The notes under the pieces: generated by a model
The model's database searches: none
Told to the model about the DNA's origin: nothing
What the model saw: only the letters and a program-made list of their open reading frames with translations
Shown here: piece after piece, positions 14,346 to 28,904 of the stretch
Numbering within the stretch: the stretch's first letter is position 1
Layout of the letters: each line of letters begins with the position of its first letter
Assembly: GCF_006345805.1 (NCBI RefSeq)
Contig: NC_043015.1
Coordinates: 12,462,001-12,526,000 of the forward strand
DNA from: Octopus sinensis
Lineage: Eukaryota
DNA: 64,000 bases
Reading direction: 5' to 3'
Position numbers and translations under genes: made by a program

Positions 14346-16681
14346 TCATTTAGTATCAGTTTTCCATACTAGCATGGGTTAGACAGTTTCACTGGAACTG
14401 ATAAGGTAGAGAGCTGTACCAGGCTCCAATCTCAGTTGGCTTGGTTTCTGTGGCTGGACGCCCTTTCTAATGCCAGCTACTCCAAGAGTGAAGTGGGGGT
14501 CTTGTACATGTCACTATCATGGGTGCCTTTATACTTGTCATGCATGTGTGTACTTACTTATTTGTTTGATGCAATGTTATCTTTATTAAGTATTTAAAAA
14601 TTTATTTTATTATTGTTTGTCTTTCATTTCATATCAGATAATTCTTTTCACCATAAGAGAATTTGATTTAATAGTTTTGAAGAGTTTTATTGTTGTATCA
14701 GTTTTCTCCATAACTTAGCAATATTTGTGAATATTCTTATTATCAGTCTATTGTTATACAAATTAGAAGATATTTTGTTAACTAAAATCTTTTTTAGTCC
14801 TTTTTGTTTTTAGCAAAACATATTTTTCTATTTCAGGGGAATTCAAGGATGGACATGTAAAAAAATCTACCAGTATGCCTTTTTCTCTCAATGAACTTGT
14901 GCCAATGAGTTTAACTTTGCGTGATATATGTTTAGGAATTATTGAACTTGCAAGCCCAGAATCAAAAGTGTTTTTAAATAAAGATTATCAACAAGCATTT
15001 AGTAAAACCGGTATTCAGGTTGCTAAAGAAGAGAATTTACTTCGAACTCAACTCTGGCGGCATTTATTTAAAGTAAGATTTCAGTACTTTTTTTTCATCC
15101 CTAAGAGATTAATTTCTTATTATGCATGGTCAGCTATTACTTTGAACACAAATACCTTGAGTCAACAAGGTAGTGGAGTAAAACAAAAACTCTTTGCTTT
15201 TAAAATAGGTTTATCATCATCATCAACATCATTTAACATCTGTTGTCCATGCTGGCATGAGTTGAACAGTTTGACCAGAGCTGGCAGCTGGGGAGCTGCA
15301 CCAGACCCCAGTCTGATTTGACATGGTTATTACGGCTCAATGCCCTTCCTAACACCAGCCACCTCTGAGAGTGTAATGGGTGCTTTTACATGCCATCAAC
15401 ATCGGTACCAGTTGCATGACACCAGTATCTGCCATCACCATGATTTCACTTGGCTTGATGGGTCTTCTTTTCAAGCACAGCATATTGCCAAAGGTCTCAG
15501 TCATTTGTCATTGCCTCCATGAGGCCTAACACTCAAAAGGTGCTTTTTACATGCCACTGACATGAATGCTAGTTATATGCCACCAGCACAGGTACTAGTT
15601 ACATGGTTTATCATTTAAAGATTTCATATGTTGCTTACTTTTCCAAAAAAATAAATAGCCAATATTTATAGCACACTTAATATATACCCAGTCATTAGGG
15701 CAGTTATTGCAGTATTTGATGTGGGATAGCAAAGTGAAGGTGCATGGCTCAGTGGTTAGAGCATCGAGCTTATGATCAAGAGGTTGTGAGTTCAAATCCC
15801 AGACTGGGCTGTGTGTTGTGTTCTTGAGTAAGACATTTTATTTGATGTTGCTCCAGTTCACTCATCTGTAGAAATGAGTTGCAATGTCACTGATGCCAAG
15901 CTGTATCGGCCTTTTCCTTTCCTTTGGATAACATCAGTGGCCTGGAGACGGGAGGCTGGTATGCATGGGCAACTGCTGTTCTTCCATAAACAACCTTGCC
16001 TGGGAGGGGGACTTTCTAGGTGCAATCTCATGGTCATTCATGACTGAAAGGGATCTTTACTGATCTGGGATTGTATCTCTTATGGACTCATGGACTTGCA
16101 AGTCCATAAAAAGTACTATCTCAGGATAAATACTGCTGTAATTGGTCTCTAACAGTGTCTATACATTTAGTATACTATATATATGGCTAGTTTAACTAAA
16201 TGCTTCCTCAATTGTACATACCAAATTTTTGATAAGCTGGGTGGCTTTTTGCAACATCAGTGAATGTTTTAATCACTTCTCGTTAAAGCATGTAGCTGGC
16301 TTACAAGTACACACCATTGAAAAGACATAAAAAATGCCAAAATGCATCTGGTGCTCTTGCTGGCCACTACTAGGATGAATTTTCTCTCCTCTCTCCCTTC
16401 TCTCATATTTATTGGGTTTTAGCAAGTTCATAAGTGATACTATCTCAAATCAAATACTGCAGTAACTGGCCTTCAACAATGTATATACATTAAGTATATT
16501 ATAGTGTTTGCTGTAATACACAGGAGTGGCTGTGTGGTAAGTAGCTTGCTAACCAACCACATGGTTCTGAGTTCAGTCCCACTGCGTGGCATCTTGGGCA
16601 AGTGTCTTCTGCTATAGCCCCGGGCCGATCAATGCCTTGTGAGTGGATTTGGTAGACAGAAACTGAAAGAAGCCCGTCGTA

Positions 16682-16726
<45 letters not shown>

Positions 16727-19700
16727 GTGTGTGTGTATGGCTTATGGACTCATGTATGTGTTTGTGTGTCTGTGTTTGTCCCCCTAGCATTGCTTGACAA
16801 CCGATGGTGGTGCGTTTACGTCCCCGTCACTTACAGGGCTTACAAAGAATAAGTCCCGGGGTTGATTTGCTCGACTAAAGGCGGGGCTCCAGCATGGCCA
16901 CAGTCAAATGACTGAAACGAGTAAAAGAGAGAGTATATAAATAGTTATGTTTTAGTTTAACCCATTGAGACACTCAGTATTTTGGTATATGTAGTCAAAA
17001 AGACTAAAAATTTTTTCTATTGAGATCTACTGAAAGAGGATCTCTGATTAGCCATTACACTTCAAAACCAACCATTCACAACATTCGTTCCATTGAGCCA
17101 ATGGACCAGCCTCTTAAGTCCTTTCAGCTTGTATCACTTGGGCCAATCAATCAGCCTGAGTGTCCCAAGAGGGTTAATATTGTCTCAATTGCATATACTA
17201 GAAAAAAAGAAGTTTTTTTTGGTCATCAGTACCTTTAATGCTAATTTTGGTCATGTTTTTCTTCTTTCATGTTGAACTTATATGACAGCTATTTGTTATT
17301 TCTTTTCTTTCTTTTCAGTCAATCTCTACACTAGTAAAGCAGTTACATTCAAGGGATACCCGACGTCAATTCTGCCCTACAAATCATTGGTTGGCTGACC
17401 ATATACATATACGTACTGATAAGGTAAACTTTTTTTCTGCTAATTTAATATTATAGCTTTTGCTAAAGTGGTGAGCTGGCAGATTTATTGGCACACCAGG
17501 CAAAATGCTTAGTGGCGTTTCTTCCGTCTTTACGTTCTGAGTTCAAATTCCACTGAGGTCAACTTTGCCTTTTATTTTTTGGGGACTGATAACGTAAGTA
17601 CCTATTTCTTTATTACCCACAAGGGGCTAAACACAGAGGGGACAAACAAGGACAGACAAACGGATTAAGTCGATTATATCAACCCCAGTGCGTAACTGGT
17701 ACTTAATTTATCGACCCTGGAAGGATGAAAGGCAAAGTCGACCTCGGCAGAATTTGAACTCACAACATTACGACAGACAACATACCACGAAGCATTTTGC
17801 CTGGCGCGCTAACGTTTCTGCCAGCTGAGCATTGGGGTCAATGTAGTCAACTTACCTCCTCCCCTGAAATTGCTGGCCTTGTGCCAAAATTTGAAACCTA
17901 TATCATAGTGTTTGCTGTAATACATTATTTATATTTTTTAAATATATTTTGATGAGGTTTTCTTTTTTCTATGCTAACATTGTTTAAGCCACATGAATTC
18001 AGATAAGTATTTTATCTTGAGATAGGCGTAGGAGTGGCTGTGTAGTAAGTAGCTTGCTCACCAACCACATGTTCCCGGTTCAGTCCGACTGCGTGGCACC
18101 TCAGGCAAGTGTCTTCTACTATAGCCTCGGGCCGACCAAAGAATAAGTCCTGGGGTCGATTTGCTTGACTAAAGGCAGTGCTCCAGCATGGCTGCAGTCA
18201 GATGACTGAAACGAGTAAAAGAATAAAAACAGAATAATTTTCTTAAACATAATTCTATTAAATAGAGAGTGATTATTATCCACTGTATTTCATTACTGTA
18301 AGTAGAATAATGTTTCTTACCTGGTAGTACAAAGACATTAGCAGTCCTTTTCCAGCAAAAATAGGAAAGCTACTTTTCCCTTCAGTTTTCAAAACAGCAT
18401 ACAATGATTCATTGGTTTGAATTATACAGCAACAGGTGAATTTCTTGCAAACCAAATCTGCAAGGTAGATTCATTTCATTGTTGAAGTCAATGTACTTCA
18501 GTCATGTTGAGGTTTTTAAAAATAACATGAACATCTTCCAGTCTTACTTATTTCCTTCCCATATTAATTTGTAGCCATGTACCCAAAGAAGATATCAACA
18601 TTGAATAAATAGTTCCCTTTTATAAAAATCTACAGCTTTGTACAAGTACTGGAAATCTGAAATACTATTACAATCTGCTGTTACTATTCAAATGTGAAAC
18701 TAGTTGGCTAACTTGACCCTGATTGTTTTTCTTTTTCTTTGTTTTTTATAGAGGCTTAGTTGTTATTAGTCAGAAGAGAAAGGGCTGGGCCACCTAGATT
18801 ATTTGGAGGAAGTGGAGAAGTTCTCCAACCATTATTGTCTGATTATTTGCAACTACACATTCTCTGCTAACAGTCTTCACCTAAGAACAGATATAGTCCT
18901 GCAGGCTTCTTTACAATTTCACTCACAAAGATTTGGTTGACCCAAGTATACGGTAAACGGTGCCATGCAGTAGGATTGAACCCAGAACTGAATGACTGAA
19001 ATTTCTTAACTGTAGCTCTAAAGCATGTAATGAGCAGTTCAACAATGAATCAACCCAGTACTTACTGTCTTTTTTTTTTTAAGCCTAGTACTTATTCTAT
19101 CGACCCCTTTTCCCAAACTGCTAAGTTACAAGGGTGTAAACAAACCAACACTGGTTGTCAAGCAATGGTGGGAGACAAACACAAACGCAAGCCCCCCCCC
19201 CGTACACACACACACAAGGCTTTGGATGGCCCAGGGCTGTACTAGATGACACTTGCCTAAGATGTTACACAATAGGATTGAACCCAGGACCATGTGATTG
19301 GAAATCAAACTTCTTACCATGCAGTCACACCTTTGCCTTTTTTTATTTTTTTATTTTTGTGAGAATTTTTTGTAACTGATTTTATTTCACATTCCTTCAG
19401 TGTATATTTTTTTTTCTTCTTTCATTATTACAGCTGTATAATTTACAAGCTGCCAACCTTTATAGTCAACAGCCATTGATGCCATATGTACCAACTGACA
19501 GTGGTAAGTTATTAAACATTTTAACTGAACTTTGAGTCTCATAAATATATTTGCGAAGAAGTTACACATCTTTTAAAATTAGCATTTACAATTAACTGAA
19601 TTACAGTTTATGTATACTCTATGAGTGGAGGCGCAATGGCCCAGTAGTTAGGGCAGCAGACTCGCGGTCATAGGATTGCAGTTTCGATTTCCAGACCGGG

Positions 19701-22700
19701 CGTTGTGAGTGTTTATTGAGCGAAAACACCTAAAAGCTCCACGTGCTCCGGCAGGGGATAGTGGTGATCCCTGCTGTACTCTTTCACCACAACTTTCTCT
19801 CACTCTTACTTCTTGTTTCTGTTGTACTTGTATTTCAAGGGACCGGCCTTGTCACTCTCTGTGTCATGCTGAATATCCCCGAGAACTATGTTACGGGTGC
19901 ACGTGTCAGTGGAGTGCTCAGCCACTTACATGTTAATTTCACGAGCAGGCTGTTCCGTTGATTTGGATCAACCGGAATCCTCATCGTCGTAACCGACGGA
20001 GTGCTTCCACATACTCTATGTACAGTTATGTGTTCACTTGTAATAAATATTATTGTTACCTATCTTTATTAAGGCTGAAAGATGACAGAATCATTATCAC
20101 ACCAGAACATAATGTTAAGCAACATTTTTTCTGTCTCTTTATGTTCTGAGTTCACATACCATTGAGGTTGGTTTTGTGTTTCATCCTTACAAGGTTGATA
20201 AAATAAGTATTGGTTGAGCTCAGGGGTTGATGTAATCAACTAGCCCCCTCACCCCCAAATTTTGGGTTTTGTGTCAATAGTAGAAAGAACTATCTATATT
20301 AACTAGCTATTGTACAGTTAATAGTTTCCTAATTATAGTAATAATCCTTCTTCTTCTTTTTCTTTTTCTTTTTTCTTCTTCTTTTTCTTTTCTTCTTCTT
20401 TTTCTTTTTCTTCTTCTTCTTTTTCTTCTTCTTCTTCTTCTCCTCCTGCTAGAATGGGCAAAATACTTAGTGGCATTTTGTCAATCTTTACATTCTGGGT
20501 TCAGATTTTGTCAAGATCTACCTTTCATCCTTTCAGAGTTGATGAATTAAGTTCCAGTTGAGTTGGGGTCAATGTAATCAACTAATCCCTTCCCTGCAAA
20601 ATTTCAGGCTTTGTGCCTATAATAGAAAGGATTATTATTACTATCAATTATTTGTTTTTGTGCAGGTCCAGATTCAGGACCACCACTATCAGGAAGGGAC
20701 ATCTGGAACCTTATCATCCTTACTGAACTGCCATTTGTAGTGCGTTTTACAGAAAGAATTAAGGTATGTTAATTTACAAGTTTAATATCTTATTTAAATT
20801 TTAAAATTTATTCTTAATGCACAGCTGTGTGTTAAGAAGCTTGCTTCCCAACCACATGGTTCTGGGCTCAGTCTCACTGTGTGGGACCTTGGTCAAGTGT
20901 CTTCTACTATAGCCTCAGGCTGACCAAAGTCTTGTGAGTGAATTTGATAACTGGAAACTGACAGAAGCCTGTCTTATGTATGTGTGTGTGTGTCTTTGTA
21001 TCTGTTTTTGTCTCCTCGCCACCACCACCACCACGTGACAACCAGTGTAGGTATGTTACATCCCTATGACTTAGCAGTTTGGCAAAAGAGAACCAATAGA
21101 ATAAGTACCAGGCTTTAAAAATTAAGTATTGGAATCGATTCATTTGACTAGAAATTCTTCAAGGTGGTACTCCAGCATGGCCACAGTCTAATGCCTGAAG
21201 CAAGTCAAAAGATAAAAGCTAAAGATACAATGGCAAAGAATAATTTTACTAGGAATACACATGATTAAATGATACTGTAGCATCTCCCATTATTCTGGCA
21301 AAACTTTTGATATGCTTGGTGAAGTTATGGTTATGAAAGATTAATGGGAAACGAAAAGAACCTGAATCCCAAAGTTCTTTCATGATTTGCTAAGATCAGT
21401 AGATAAGCTCTGTTACTTAAATTAATTAATTAATTTGGGATTAAGTGACTCAGATTTAGAATGTTTGTGATTTGAGAGCGAACTGATGTTGATTCATACA
21501 CAAAGATATTTTGCTAGTGGTACATGTGTTACAATTACACATGCTTTGTTAGACTACAGCCCATAACTTCATTTCATCTGGCCCATTGACTTTATTGAAT
21601 ATGTGATATTGCATACAGAAATTCTATATTTTCCTTATCTATCTTTGGTTAGTGAACAATAAAATTGAGTATTGGAAAATATATCAAATGTTTCATTTTT
21701 GTAATGACTTCAAATGAATCAACATTTTATAGAAATAGAGAAAAGGAGAAAAAAAAATGTAAGTATTTTTCGGTAGTGATATTTTAAGCTATAAATGTTT
21801 TCACCTACTTTAATGATGGAGCCACAGACACTAATAGCATCTCATGTGAACTGTTGCAATATAGTTTATATGAGACATTGAGTCTGAGAAAGGAAAAAGT
21901 GACAAAAAAATGTTTAATTGTCCATTGAGTAAAGCAAGAAAACGAGCAGGTACTACATTTACTCTGAATCCACAATCACTACCATTTGGCCTAACTAAAA
22001 TCCTTTTAATTCTTCACTGCATGCCATGTTATACATGGCACATAGGATTTTTATATCATTAAGTGTGTAGTGATTCCTTCATTATCACGGGATATTAATT
22101 AAAAAAAAGATGCTTGTATAATCTTGTATGACCATGGTTTCTTTCTTTCTTTATTTATTTATTTATTTATTTTTTGCTTTGAGAAAAAGAAATATCCATG
22201 ACCTTTGTTGTCCCTCCCAAGCTGGTGAGATCAATGTGGTAAATGTTCAGATTGATTTTCTGTGGGTTGACAGATGTAGAGAAAACATGGACAAGGAAAA
22301 TATTTCAAAAATCTTCTGGCTAGGAGGATTGCTTGAGAAATGCTTTATGCAGAGTGTGTTGTGTATGACAGAGAAGGGATGGGAAGAGTAGAAGAAACAG
22401 CTGCATTCAGTGGATGTGATATAAGTGGGAAATGTGTTTTGAGGGTGCACAATCGCTGACAAAATTTCTTACCCTAATGTTTAAATCCTTACTCTTTCCT
22501 TCCTTTTTAACAAACATTAATGTTTCCTTTCCATTTTGTTTTCATTCAACTCTTGATTCCTTTTCAGCTTTTAGTAATTTTCAATCAACTCTCGTCTTTG
22601 TCAATTAATTAAGCCAAACAAAAAAAGAACACCTGTTCACTCATTCTCCTCATCCAATTTGATACTGAACTTTTGAAGAATTCTTTCCTAGAAGTTAAAA

Positions 22701-25700
22701 GCTACATTTTGTGTACCATTATCTTTTATTAGATCCTCCATCAACATGTTAACCAAGATCGAGAAGAACATCAGTCTGAAATGACCAACTTTCAATTAGG
22801 ATTATCAATTAATATCAAGATTAGAAGAAACTATATTTATGAAGATGCTTTTGAAAAATTATCCGAAGAGAATGGTAGTTATTGATACTTTATATATGTA
22901 CATATATATTACTTGTTCTGTGTTTTAAGAGTCAGTAGAGTTCAGACTAACTGGTCAAAAGGCCAACAGTTTGTATTTTGTCATTAATACTGCATTGTGT
23001 TCCTCATAAAAGCAGTAACTCTTGTTGACTTGGTAGACCTAGCTATAAAGTAGGTGCTTTTGGAAGGCCACAGCTCACTGATGTACATAGCAAGATCACT
23101 GTAAAGCAAAAATGAATTGTTGGTGGTTTGTTGTTGACATTTCAGTCCTCTTGTTAATTGACGGACAGGCTTCCTCAAATTTGTTTCAATAAGAAAGCAC
23201 CTCAAAATATGGAATAAACTAATGCACAAAGAACATTTTAGTGTTATGAATGTCTTTCTTCTTCTTAACCGCTCAGTTGAAGTCGACTCGCGGTCACTCG
23301 TTGGATCAGTGTCCTCCAGTCAGTTCTATCCTGGGCCGCTTCTTTCAGATTGGCTATGTCCATTCCTGTATCACTCTTGATGGTGTCAAGCCAGCGGGTT
23401 CTTGGTCGACTTTTTCCTCTCTTGCCACTGACCATTCCGAGCATGATGTCCTTCTCCAGGGATTTTCTCCGCATAATATGACCAAAATATGTCAATCTAT
23501 GCTTGGTGATCCTAGCTTCTAGCAACATTTTCGGCTTTATCTGCTTAAGAATTTCTCCATTGGTGAGCCTCGCTGTCCATGGAATCCGTAAAAGTCTTCT
23601 CCAACACCAAAGCTCGAATGCATTAATTCTCTTCTGGTCAGCTTTGAATGTTATGAATGTAGATTAAAAAAAAAAAGAGAAGTTTTATAACAGACTTTGT
23701 GTTGTAAAGTATTGTATAATAGCCATTAACCTCAAGGTTGTATTGATTTCTTCATTGAATATCTTTGATGAAAGTTTTTCATATTTTTACAACTTATGTA
23801 GTATAATTGCTGTATACTGGAATTTCTTAATAAATCAGAACCAAACTTGAAACTGCGGTTACGAGTAAGATTGGTGAACTCTGCTGGAATTGATGAAGCA
23901 GGAATTGATGGTGGAGGTTTGTCCCGGGAGTTTTTGTCAGAATTACTGAAAACAGGCTTTGATCCTAATCGTGGATTCTTCAAATACACCAATGACAAAC
24001 TACTCTACCCAAATCCACAAGCGCCGGCCCTTTTTGAAAATTATACAGACCATTATTATTTCCTCGGGAGAATGTTAGGAAAGGTAAGGTACTTTTCATG
24101 TTTCACTGGTTTATCAAATAGTAATTTAGTGTCTGAGATGTATTTTGTTGTTAAAATAATGTAATTTTTAAGACTATTAAAACCTATATATAATTGCTTT
24201 TTTTTTTATTTCCATTGTTTCAGTTAGTTCCCCCTCTAATCATTATCAAGTATCTTATTCCTCCTGAGTGTATATAGTACTAGGCCAAATTTGAGCTAAG
24301 AGTTTTTATTTCCAAACTAAAAGTAATGTTCTTATCCACTCAAATTATATCCAGCACATATTCTAGCATAAAATCTCTCTTGACTCAAGAGATCAAATTG
24401 ATAGCCATCAACATGACAGACTTCTCTACCTAAATTACCTGTTCTTTTAAAAATTATTCAGACCTTTATTATTTCCTTGCAGGAATGTTATGGGAAATAA
24501 GTATAGTTTTTGTTTATTTTATCTATCAAAAATCAGACTAAAGCATTGGCTTAAAGGGGAATTGTGAACATAACGGTTTTTTTTTCTTTTTTTTTCATTC
24601 AAAATCACATTAATGTAAAGATATTAAACCAAGTACATAATGACAGTAAAAGCTTTTTGATTCAATGCGAAACAATGTTTAACAATTACAGATAAATTGG
24701 TGCCTGTTGAGATAATCATTATGTAATTCTTGGCACTTTTCATATTTTGGCTAAAAGAAATCCTGATTTAAGAGAAATTTTTGAAGTGAATTTAAAGAGC
24801 ATTATTACCATGAATAAGGCATAAGGAATCCAAAGTTTCTGCCTTCAGTGATGTAGTTGTATAATAATTTCTTTTTTTATGAAAGAAATGTAAACTAAAA
24901 GCAAACAAAATGCTTGATAATATTGTTGTGAAAGTAAAACTTAAATTTTAAAATGATGTGAAATGAACTAGGTTTTGTCGGAAAGAACAATTACAGAGTC
25001 AAGATACATAGCTGTCTACAGTGTTTAATGAAATAACCTGGAGTTGAAGGAACTGTATTTGGTCTACAGACCAAACAAAAGTTAGTGTCTTTATTGTAAA
25101 TGATAATGTTTCATCAACCTCTCACAAAAATCAAATCTCTTTTCATTATTAATGGCATTGACACATTTTGTTCACTCTTCTAGGCTCTCTATGAAAACCT
25201 CTTGGTGGAGTTACCTTTTGCTCAGTTTTTCCTCTCGAAAATTCTGAATCGCCATGGAATTGATCTTGATATTCATCACTTGGCTTCACTTGACCCAGAA
25301 ATGTACAGGTAAGTCTGTTGATCATGTTAGCAAGGCACATCTATGGCTGTGTGTTTAAGAAGGTTGCTTCCCAACCACATAGCTTCAGGTTCAGTACCAT
25401 TGTGTAGCATCTTGGCTTAGTGTCTTCTCCCTATAGCCCCAGGCCAACCAAAGCCTTGTGAGTGAATGTGATAGATGGAAACTGAGAGAAGCCCATCATA
25501 TGTGTATGTATATGTGTTTATTTGTCTCCATGTATTTACAATGTGTGGTTATTGTATCTTTTCTTAATACCGGTTCCCATATTCTACTCATATCTGCACC
25601 AGATCTGCTTAGGAGGTTATTGTGTTCTAGCATATGTGCTGCCTCTTAACTATAGGTGCAGGAGTGGCTGTGCGGTAAGAAATTTACATCCCAACCACAT

Positions 25701-25837
25701 GGTTCTAGGTTCAGTCCCACTGCATGGCACCTTGGGCAGCTGTCTTCTACTATAGCCTTGGGCTGACCAAAGCCTTATGAGTGGATTTGGTAGATGGAAA
25801 CTGAAAAAAGCCTGTCGTATATGTATATGTGTGTGTG

Positions 25838-25913
<76 letters not shown>

Positions 25914-27571
25914 TTGTGTTTACATCTCTGTAACTTAGCGATTCAGCAAAAGAGACCGATAGAATAAGTACTAGGCTTACAAAGAATAAGTCCTGGGATT
26001 GATTTGTTCAACTGAAGGTGGTGCTCCAGCATGGCTGCAGTCAAATGACTGAAACAAATAAAGGAATAAAATGCTTAATACATTAATTCATTAGTATTGA
26101 ATTCTGTTGAAACTGCAAGATCAGTATGTAATTGCATATTCCTTATTATGCAATATTTTATCCTAATTACTTTACATTATACACAATTAATGTACACAAA
26201 ACAATATAGAGAATGCATGCAATGTTTTTTCACATCATTAGTTTTAATTCCATTGCAAATTAAAAAAAGTAACATCCAAACTGTAGTTACAATAATATAT
26301 TATGTTTAAAACTTCCTTCTGTTACACACTTTATATTTCTTTCTCTCTACCTCTTACTTCAACAGACTTTTCAACCATGCCATTCCCCTCTTCACGTTGT
26401 TAACATTTTTCTCTTTCTCCTTCTCTTCACCTCTCACTTCCACTAACAGCATGAGAATGTGGTTAGTGGAAGTGACCGGCTGTTATCTCTCTCTCTTATT
26501 CTGTCACTCACTCCACCTCTTCCTCTCTTTAACAAACTAAAGCGTAAAGTGTGAAGTAACAAATGACCAAGCAGAATTATAGTAAAACACTAGGAAAAAA
26601 AAAATTTAACCACACGAACAAAGGGAGATTACTAGTTCTTACAATTATACTTCAGAAAAAATCTAACGAATTATGAACTACATCACATTAAAAAAAAATT
26701 TTTTTTTTCACATAAAAATATAAATTCCTGTCACAAGTAAGTGCACTATAACCTTTTATATACCTAATACTTTTTCTTTGAACAATGGAAAGCATATCTT
26801 AGTCCATTGAAATGCTAAATAATAACAGTTATAACTTTTCTCCAAATTACGTTCTAAAATAATATCAGGGTATAAAATATAAAATAACTTTTCCCTTTTT
26901 CTCTTTTATTTCTTAATCTTTTTTGTATCTTATACCCCATATAAAAAGTCTGTGTTTCTTCTCCCACTTTTCTCCCATTTTGTCACTTTTCATATTTTTT
27001 TCCCCCTCAAAAAAATCTATTTTTCTCTCTATACCTTTTTTTTTCCGCATGAATATTTAAATTCATCCCTGAAGTATGTAAACAATAACATTTCTCTGAA
27101 CAATGGAATGCCCGTATTATAATTAAATGACTACTTTATGTCCCTTAACACTTATATGCCTATTTTTCAAATAGATTATAGTATTTTAGCATAATTTCAT
27201 TAGGAAATAAATACCTCCCCACATGAACTCGGCATCCTAATAAATTATTGTTTATGTTTGAATATTTGAAAACACAGTCCTCATCCTAGTTATTTCGTTT
27301 TTCACCACCAGAAAGTAAACATCACTCTATGATATTATCTGGACATAATGTGGGGTTATTTTACATCTAACATCACTTAAATACTGATGATCGAAACCTA
27401 ATGGCCGGATTGAAACACATGTAGGATTCTTTTATGTTTATTCCTTTTGTTGATTTGCTTCCTTTTCATCCTAAATCTTCATGATACAAATAAAATTAGC
27501 CAAGTATCCACTATATTTCTTCTCCTTTCCTTTTATATATATATATATGTGTGTGTGTGTGTATATATATA

Positions 27572-27619
<48 letters not shown>

Positions 27620-28568
27620 TGAATATATATATAAATTTATAAATAAGGGTATCTGAGAGACACCACCATGCCGAAATAGCAATCCCTGACTGCTATTTCG
27701 GCATAGTGGTGTCTCTCAAATACCCTTATTTATAGTTATATATATATATATATACATATATATACGCACACACATATTGGCTCCCGTGTCGGTGGCACAT
27801 AAAAAGCACCATTTGAAAGTGATCGTGCCAACATTGCCTTACCGGCACATGTGTCAGTGGCATGTGAAAAACAACATTCGAGCGTGGTCATTGTCAGTGC
27901 TGCCGGACTGGCTCCCCTGCAGGTAGCATGTAAAAAACACCTTTTGAGTGTGGCCAATGCCAGAACCACCTGACTGGCCCTCGTGCCAGTGGCACATAAA
28001 AGCACCCACTACACTCTTGGAGTGATTGGCGTTAGGAAGGGCATCCAGCTGCAGAAACTTTGCCAGATCAGATTGAGCCTGGTGCAGCCTTCTGACTCAC
28101 CAGTCCTCAGTCAAACTGTCCAACCCATGCCAGCATGGAAAGCAGACTTTAAACGATGATGTTGATGATATATATATATATCTCTATATATAAAATATAT
28201 ATATATATATAATTGCAGCGTGGAAGGTGTTTATAAGCCATTTAAGAAACACACAAAAACCGTTCGATTCACTTCAACATTTAAGTTTAATTTGTCAAAA
28301 TATTTTCGTCGCTAAAATCCACGACCTGTTCACTGACAAAAATCCATGCTGCATCTCAGCACGTGATGCAGCACGGATTTTTGTCAGTGAACAGGTCGCG
28401 GATTTTAGCGACGAAAATATTTTGACAAATTAAACTTAAATGTTGGAGTGAATCGAACGGCTTTTGTGTGTTTCTTAAATGGCTTATAAACACCTTCCAC
28501 GCTCAATTGTTTTCGTTTCAGCACACGATCTCAGATCAAATTACTTGCTATGCGAGTACATCTCCGTA

Positions 28569-28601
<33 letters not shown>

Positions 28602-28869
28602 TACTTTCTTTCATACATAAAATTTCAAATAAATATAACCAGCTATAATGAAGTCTATATTTTCAATTTTCTCTCACAGGAATCTACTCTTTTTGAAGAC
28701 TTACAAGGAAGATGTAGTTGATCTGGGTTTGGATTTCACTGTCGTTACAAATGAACTAGGAGTTACAAAGGTATTGTTGTGTTCATTACTTTTAATGCAT
28801 AAAATGCTTCATCATACTACTGAGAATGTTTGTATTCTCTGAGATATATTTATATATATATATGTGTGT

Positions 28870-28904
<35 letters not shown>

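Larger units (their letters stand above)
28211..28569 (+). mobile_element. Palindromic hammerhead-bearing element, family A (probable Penelope-like retroelement end with inverted pLTR)
   Basis: ~145-bp inverted arms (28211-28355 / 28365-28508), a ~60-nt unpaired 3' tail and (TA)n flanks. A hammerhead motif is present on each strand. Sibling copies at 30948-31270 and 51080-51326. Confidence 0.8.

Noticed and set aside
19401-19433. Alternative upstream acceptor extending a UBE3C exon by 11 codons
   Set aside because: The added sequence is the polypyrimidine tract itself, and nothing else supports its use.
19624-19700. tRNA gene
   Set aside because: The tRNA-like sequence is the head of a TSD-flanked SINE, and no proper acceptor stem is visible.
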